Below are positions 59,323 through 64,000 of a DNA stretch of 64,000 nt, one piece after another. The position numbers were made by a program, and so were the translations under genes. The DNA is taken from the NCBI GenBank assembly GCA_026982565.1, contig JALSGV010000042.1:11956-75955 (forward strand). The letters are read 5' to 3'. Each line of letters begins with the position of its first letter. Within the stretch, counting starts at the first letter, position 1. This DNA is from Gammaproteobacteria bacterium (GTDB lineage: Bacteria; Pseudomonadota; Gammaproteobacteria; SZUA-140). Below the pieces are notes generated by a model. The model made no database searches. It was given only the letters and a program-made list of their open reading frames with translations, and had not been told where the DNA came from.

Positions 59323-59667
59323 ATGGCCGTCCAGTCCATTACTTCGCCGGCTTCGTTCTTTCCCTACCGCAAGGGAAATACGGAAAGCACACAGTATAAC
59401 AATGCTGCGGCACGAACCGAGGCGCCCCGGACAGCGGTCAATCTGCCTGTGGAAAGGGTGGTCGAGGGTGAAGTGCTGGAAAGGGGTGGCAGGGCCGCCG
59501 GCGCGAGTGGGGGCGATTTCCTTGAACGTTTTCTCAGTGCAGGAAGGATGGGCGGTGGTGAGTCTGCAGTGCCGTCCAGCGCGGCCATCGGCGCTTACAT
59601 GAGCAACCGCAACCTGGGTGATGGCTTTTCCCGCCAGCCGGACAGCCGCATCGATTTTTACGTCTGA
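59323..59667 (+). CDS. hypothetical protein, 114 aa, low complexity
   Basis: SD GGAGGGG lies 5 nt upstream, and the gene starts 12 nt after the yfaZ-like stop. I recall no recognisable domain. Confidence 0.35.
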   Translation: MAVQSITSPASFFPYRKGNTESTQYNNAAARTEAPRTAVNLPVERVVEGEVLERGGRAAGASGGDFLERFLSAGRMGGGESAVPSSAAIGAYMSNRNLGDGFSRQPDSRIDFYV

Positions 59668-59686
59668 CCTGATAGCTCTTCCCTCT

Positions 59687-60640
59687 TTGGAAAATCCGAT
59701 CCGACTGCATGTCGCCGTCGCCGTGATTCAAGGCGATGACGACAGGGTATTGCTGTCCCGCCGCCCCGATCACCTTCATCAGGGTGGTTTGTGGGAGTTT
59801 CCCGGCGGCAAGGTGGAGGCGGGCGAGTCAGTGATACAGGCCCTGGCCCGGGAACTGTGGGAGGAACTGGGGATTACACCAAGCATGTTCCGCCCCCTTA
59901 TTCGGGTTCATCACGACTACGGTGACCGCGCCGTGCTGCTCGATGTATGGCGCGTCGGCCGTTATCAGGGCGCCCCCCGTGGCCGTGAAGGGCAGGTCAC
60001 CGAGTGGGTCAGCGTGGCGCAATTGTCGCAGCGAAACTTCCCGCCGGCCAACGCGCCCGTTATCAAAGCGTTGCAACTGCCTTCCTGCTATCTGATTACT
60101 CCTGAGCCCGGCGATCCGGGCCGGTTCCTCGGCCGTTTGCAGCGCGCCATCGACCAGGGGGTGACGCTGGTTCAGTTGCGCGCCAAGACCCTCGATGACA
60201 AGGCCTATGGCGACCTCGCCCGGCAGGTGATTCCCCTGTGCCGGTCCTCAGGCGCCCGTGTACTTCTCAATGGCGCCACGGCATTGGCCATGGACCTGGG
60301 GGCGGATGGCGTACACCTGGACAGCCGGCGTCTGAGGTTGGCCCGGGCCGGTGATCTGCCCAGGGGCCTGCTGCTGGCCGCCTCTTGCCACGACTGCGAG
60401 GAAGTCCGGCAGGCCAACCGTCTGGGGGTGGATTTCATGGTGGCGTCGCCCGTATTGCCTACCAGGAGTCATCCGCAGGCGCGACCGCTGGGCTGGGAGG
60501 GATTCAGGACCCTGTCGGAACTGGCGCTGGCGCCTGTCTATGCCCTCGGTGGCATGACCCGCATGCATCTCAAGCAAGCCTATGCCCATGGCGCCCAGGG
60601 GATTGCAGGCATTCGGACTTTTTGGGGGGAAAAGGACTGA
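59687..60640 (+). CDS. Nudix (MutT-like) hydrolase fused to a ThiE/TenI-like domain
   Basis: Nudix box GGKVEAGESVIQALARELWEELG. The C-terminal TMP-synthase-like fold has the same architecture as the Pseudomonas gene next to yacG. The start is uncertain (TTG 59687; the ORF is listed from 59618). Confidence 0.75.
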   Translation: MENPIRLHVAVAVIQGDDDRVLLSRRPDHLHQGGLWEFPGGKVEAGESVIQALARELWEELGITPSMFRPLIRVHHDYGDRAVLLDVWRVGRYQGAPRGREGQVTEWVSVAQLSQRNFPPANAPVIKALQLPSCYLITPEPGDPGRFLGRLQRAIDQGVTLVQLRAKTLDDKAYGDLARQVIPLCRSSGARVLLNGATALAMDLGADGVHLDSRRLRLARAGDLPRGLLLAASCHDCEEVRQANRLGVDFMVASPVLPTRSHPQARPLGWEGFRTLSELALAPVYALGGMTRMHLKQAYAHGAQGIAGIRTFWGEKD

Positions 60641-60657
60641 AAAGGAGCCGGATTGGT

Positions 60658-60849
60658 TCATGAGTGGAGCTTGGTGTATTCGCCTTGGGGTTCAGAGGCC
60701 TCCGTCGGCTCGCCGGGGATGCGGTGTGATTCGCTGGCCCATTGCCCCAGATCGATGAGGCGGCAGCGTTCGGAGCAGAAAGGACGCCAGCGCTGTTTCT
60801 CCGTCCAGGTGACGGATGCTCCACAGGTGGGACACTTGACGATGGTCAC
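60658..60849 (-). CDS. yacG: DNA gyrase inhibitor YacG (zinc ribbon)
   Basis: [34 protein letters not shown]. The GTG start overlaps the zapD stop (GTGA). Confidence 0.85.
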   Translation of the reverse strand: MTIVKCPTCGASVTWTEKQRWRPFCSERCRLIDLGQWASESHRIPGEPTEASEPQGEYTKLHS

Positions 60850-61610
60850 AGGGCGCAGCAGGCGAGGGAGAATTCCACGTCGTGATTGGTCTGCGTGGGG
60901 CGCTCCTTCATTTGCATGGTCATGAAACGGATGGAGAAACGATGCTTCCCGCCGCTGATCTCGGCGAACAGGCCTGCCTCGATGGGCAGCGAGACCCGGA
61001 TCAGCTGAAAAGGCGTTCCGGCATCCAGGTTCTGTTGATAGAAACCGTTTTCGGCGATCTGGTTGTCCGTGATGGCGCTCTCCCGGATCTGGCGCAGGAT
61101 AAGCTCGATGGCGCTGCGGATGGTGTCGAATTCCGCCATCCAGCCACGCATGTCGGCCATGCGCTGCGCAGGGTCCTGCTGCAGCCAATAGTGATAGGCA
61201 GGCAGGTCGAAGTCACAGGTCCCTCCGGGGATGCTGCTGCGCTGTTTTACATTGCTGATGAATTCATTGTCGCGCAGGGACTGCCCGATCTGTCCTTGCT
61301 TGAGGTGCAGCTTGTCGTTGAGCAGATCCATGTCGTCCAGGGTCTTGCTGAGTCGTTGTTTATCGATGCCCGGCAACTGTTCCAGAGGTGCGAGATTGGC
61401 CGTCTCCCGCTCCAGTTCCTTGATGACTTCGGTTTTGATATCGCTGCGCACGAATATGTTGTGAATATCGAGCAGACTGGCCAGCGCGGCGCGGCTGTCC
61501 CACGGGGATGTCCCTTTCAGGGCATGGTCTGTCTGCTGAAAGAGAAACTCGAGACGCAGAAAGGTGCGGACTCTCTCGTTGAGCGGTTGTTCATAGGTGA
61601 TTTTTTCCAT
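60846..61610 (-). CDS. zapD: cell-division protein ZapD
   Basis: [24 protein letters not shown]...; position between coaE and yacG. Confidence 0.85.
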   Translation of the reverse strand: MEKITYEQPLNERVRTFLRLEFLFQQTDHALKGTSPWDSRAALASLLDIHNIFVRSDIKTEVIKELERETANLAPLEQLPGIDKQRLSKTLDDMDLLNDKLHLKQGQIGQSLRDNEFISNVKQRSSIPGGTCDFDLPAYHYWLQQDPAQRMADMRGWMAEFDTIRSAIELILRQIRESAITDNQIAENGFYQQNLDAGTPFQLIRVSLPIEAGLFAEISGGKHRFSIRFMTMQMKERPTQTNHDVEFSLACCAL

Positions 61611-61706
61611 ACACAGGGCCCGATTTGGTTGGAGCAGCCACACGAAATAACCCGCACATTGTCCATTACCTGTTGGCGGATGGCAAATATTTGGGGTCGG
61701 GATTTT

Positions 61707-61770
61707 AAGGTACAAGGTACAAGGGGGAAAGGTACAAGATACAAGGTACAAGGGGTGGGTGCCTTTCCCC
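61707..61770 (-). repeat. CCTTGTAY-type repeat cluster, locus 2 (coaE-zapD spacer)
   Basis: The minus strand reads GGGGAAAGGCACCCACCCCTTGTACCTTGTATCTTGTACCTTTCCCCCTTGTACCTTGTACCTT. Confidence 0.75.
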
Positions 61771-61771
61771 T

Positions 61772-62368
61772 TTATCGGGTGGTAAGCGTCAGATATTTCT
61801 GGTGTAGTGCGATGACCTGTCGTTGCAGTGCATCGAGGTCGTTATCGTTGGTGATGACGTCATCGGCGACCGCGAGGCGTTCTTCGCGGCTGGCCTGGGC
61901 CAGGGCGATGGCCTTGAATGCGCGGGCCGAGAGATTGTCGCGCTGCATGGCGCGCTGCCTCTGTATGTCTTCGGGTACATCGATGACCAGTACCCTGTCC
62001 ACGATGCCCGTATTGCCGGTCTCCACCAGCAAGGGGATGCTCATGATGCAATAAGGAGCGGACAATCGGGCTGTTTGCTTGCGCATCTCATCCAATATTT
62101 TCGGATGCAGGATGCCTTCGAGGAGATGGCGTTTTTGAGGGTCGGAGAAGATGATTGCCCGCAAGCGCGCCCGATCCAGTGCGCCCTGTTGGTTGAGTAC
62201 ATCCGGGCCGAACGTGGAGATGATCTCGGAGAGCGCTTCGCTGCCGGGTTGGACGATCTGGCGCGCTACTTCGTCGGCGTCGATGACCGGCGTTTCCAGC
62301 TCCCTGAAAAAACGGGCGACGGTCGATTTGCCTACACCGATTCCCCCCGTCATGCCTATCAACAGCAT
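61772..62368 (-). CDS. coaE: dephospho-CoA kinase
   Basis: MLLIGMTGGIGVGKST. Confidence 0.95.
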   Translation of the reverse strand: MLLIGMTGGIGVGKSTVARFFRELETPVIDADEVARQIVQPGSEALSEIISTFGPDVLNQQGALDRARLRAIIFSDPQKRHLLEGILHPKILDEMRKQTARLSAPYCIMSIPLLVETGNTGIVDRVLVIDVPEDIQRQRAMQRDNLSARAFKAIALAQASREERLAVADDVITNDNDLDALQRQVIALHQKYLTLTTR

Positions 62369-62417
62369 CGTACCATCGGTCAGTTACAATGTGGTTAGAC
62401 TTTGCGGGAATCTCAAT

Positions 62418-63299
62418 TCAGATCCCCATCCATGTCAGGTAGGTGGCGGTGATTTCCTGGCCCCACAACAGGGCTATCCAGCCGGCGATGGCGAGATAAG
62501 GCCCGAAGGGGATCGGGATGCTTTTGTCCCGCCCCCTCGCAACGATCAGGATAATACCGATCACTGCACCCACCACGGAGGATAATAACACAATCAGGAG
62601 GATATATTGCCAGCCAATCCAGGCGCCCAAGGCGGCCAGCAGTTTGAAGTCGCCAAAGCCCATTCCTTCCTTGCCTGTCAGCAGCCTGAACAATTGGTAG
62701 ATACTCCACAGGCTGAGATAACCCACTGCTGCCCCGATGACGGCATCGTCCAGGGAGGTGAACCCCCCATACAGATTGACCAGCAGGCCCAGCCACAGCA
62801 GGGGCAGGGTGATGGAGTCCGGCAGCAGTTGTCGATCGAAATCAATGATGCTCAGGGCAATGAGGGACCAGGTGAAGACCAGGGCCGCCAGGCACTCCCA
62901 GGTGAACCCGAGGCGCCAGGCCACGGCGATGGAAAGCAGGGCGGTGAGCGCTTCGGTAACGGGATAGCGCAGGGGAATGGCTGTGCCACAGCCTTTGCAT
63001 TTTCCACGCAACACGAGGTAACTGACAATGGGGATGTTTTCGAGGGCGGCGATTCGGTGCCGGCACTGGGGGCAGTGGGACGCCGGCGTCAGCAGATTGA
63101 AAGGGCGGTTGTGCTCCTTGTCGCCGGGTTTCTCAGGGAGTTCGAGCACCTCGCGGCATTGAGCCCGCCACTGCCTTTCCATCATAACGGGCAGGCGCAG
63201 GATGACCACATTGAGAAAACTGCCCACCAGCAGGCCAAGAATGCCCGCAAGGCCCATTTCGGCAACGGGGTTGCCCTGCAGATACGATATCAGTTCCAT
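62418..63299 (-). CDS. pilD: type IV prepilin peptidase / N-methyltransferase
   Basis: CPQC..C cysteine motifs and GFGDFKLLAALGAW. Confidence 0.95.
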   Translation of the reverse strand: MELISYLQGNPVAEMGLAGILGLLVGSFLNVVILRLPVMMERQWRAQCREVLELPEKPGDKEHNRPFNLLTPASHCPQCRHRIAALENIPIVSYLVLRGKCKGCGTAIPLRYPVTEALTALLSIAVAWRLGFTWECLAALVFTWSLIALSIIDFDRQLLPDSITLPLLWLGLLVNLYGGFTSLDDAVIGAAVGYLSLWSIYQLFRLLTGKEGMGFGDFKLLAALGAWIGWQYILLIVLLSSVVGAVIGIILIVARGRDKSIPIPFGPYLAIAGWIALLWGQEITATYLTWMGI

Positions 63300-63309
63300 A
63301 TTGTTTTAT

Positions 63310-63378
63310 AAGGTACAAGGGGAAAGGTGCAAGATACAAGGGACAAAGCGCCCTTCCTTGTACCTTGTATCTTTCCCC
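63310..63378 (-). repeat. CCTTGTAY-type repeat cluster, locus 3 (pilC-pilD spacer), forms an imperfect ~23-bp hairpin
   Basis: GGGGAAAG + RTACAAGG units pair with CCTTGTAY units + CTTTCCCC at 20/23 positions by hand. Confidence 0.75.
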
Positions 63379-63383
63379 TGTTC

Positions 63384-64000
63384 TTAAACCACCTGCCCCA
63401 TCTTGAAGATAGGCAGGTACATGGCGATCACCAAGCCACCAATCACCACGCCGAGGAAGGCCATGATGATGGGTTCCAGCAGGCTGCTCAGACCATCCAC
63501 GGCATCGTCCACTTCGGCTTCATAGAAGTCGGCAACCTTGGCCAGCATGGAGTCGATGGAGCCTGCTTCCTCACCGATGGCGACCATTTGCACCACCATG
63601 TTGGGGAACAGGCCGGTATTGCGCATGGCGTGATTGAGGGGTGAACCGGTGGAGATCTCATCACGCATTTGCAGGATGCCATTGCAGTACAGGATGTTGC
63701 CGGCCGCGCCGGCCACTGTGGTCATGGCCTCCACCAAAGGTACGCCGGCGGCGAACATGGTGGAGAGGGTGCGCGCAAAGCGGGCAATGGTGGCCTTTCT
63801 GATGATTTCTCCGAAGATGGGCATCTTGAGGACGATCCTGTCCAGGAAATGGTTGAATTTGTGAGAGCGTCGCTTGGCTTGGAGAAAGGAATAGATCCCG
63901 ATTCCGATGCCACCAAAGATGGCCCACCACCATTCCTGGAAAATCTGGGAGAGGCCGATGACGAACAGGGTCATGGCGGGCAGATCGGCGCCGAAGCCGC
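63384..64000 (-). CDS. pilC: type IV pilus assembly platform protein PilC (GspF family), C-terminal part; the gene continues beyond the window
   Basis: The frame is open to base 64000. The typical C-terminus is present (LLEPIIMAFLGVVIGGLVIAMYLPIFKMGQVV). Confidence 0.9.
   Translation of the reverse strand, partial: GFGADLPAMTLFVIGLSQIFQEWWWAIFGGIGIGIYSFLQAKRRSHKFNHFLDRIVLKMPIFGEIIRKATIARFARTLSTMFAAGVPLVEAMTTVAGAAGNILYCNGILQMRDEISTGSPLNHAMRNTGLFPNMVVQMVAIGEEAGSIDSMLAKVADFYEAEVDDAVDGLSSLLEPIIMAFLGVVIGGLVIAMYLPIFKMGQVV

Overview
High-GC (about 60%+) chromosomal core region, probably from a gammaproteobacterium. The pilC-pilD-coaE-zapD-yacG, bioBFHCD, ftsYEX-rpoH and rpmBG-radC-coaBC-dut synteny points that way. 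Genes are densely packed, and many junctions have ATGA/GTGA stop-start overlaps. I saw no rRNA, tRNA, CRISPR array, transposase, integrase or phage genes. Contents: envelope and proteostasis genes (DegP-like protease, FtsH paralog, two Hsp20, CbpA/CbpM, RpoH); ion and energy genes (PMA-type P-type ATPase, H+-PPase, NhaR plus antiporter); central carbon genes (class I FBA, E1 alpha/beta, PpsA); cofactor genes (bio operon, coaBC, coaD, coaE); two OprO/P-like porins; and type IV pilus genes. Most interesting: (1) a four-gene operon (36218-39303, minus strand) encoding a MerR-like protein, a ParA ATPase fused to a CBM48/AMPK-beta-type glycogen-binding domain, a MinD/ParA-like protein that has lost its P-loop, and an orphan protein. 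I read this as a candidate, apparently undescribed cargo-positioning system. (2) A roughly 585-bp tandem duplication downstream of a desaturase. It preserves two stand-alone 36/37-aa hydrophobic peptide genes, each with its own promoter, leader and terminator, while the co-duplicated desaturase 3' end has decayed. (3) A lower-GC three-gene cassette (truncated heme-copper-oxidase-subunit-I-like protein, a 4-TM partner, a 25-aa peptide) flanked by two copies of a 24-bp palindrome. (4) A class II aldolase-like protein that lacks all three zinc-binding histidines and is fused to a Dabb domain. (5) Several intergenic repeat families, including a 162-bp MITE-like palindrome inserted at the TA shared by two convergent stop codons. 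All family assignments come from reading the translations and recalling motifs. No database search was run.
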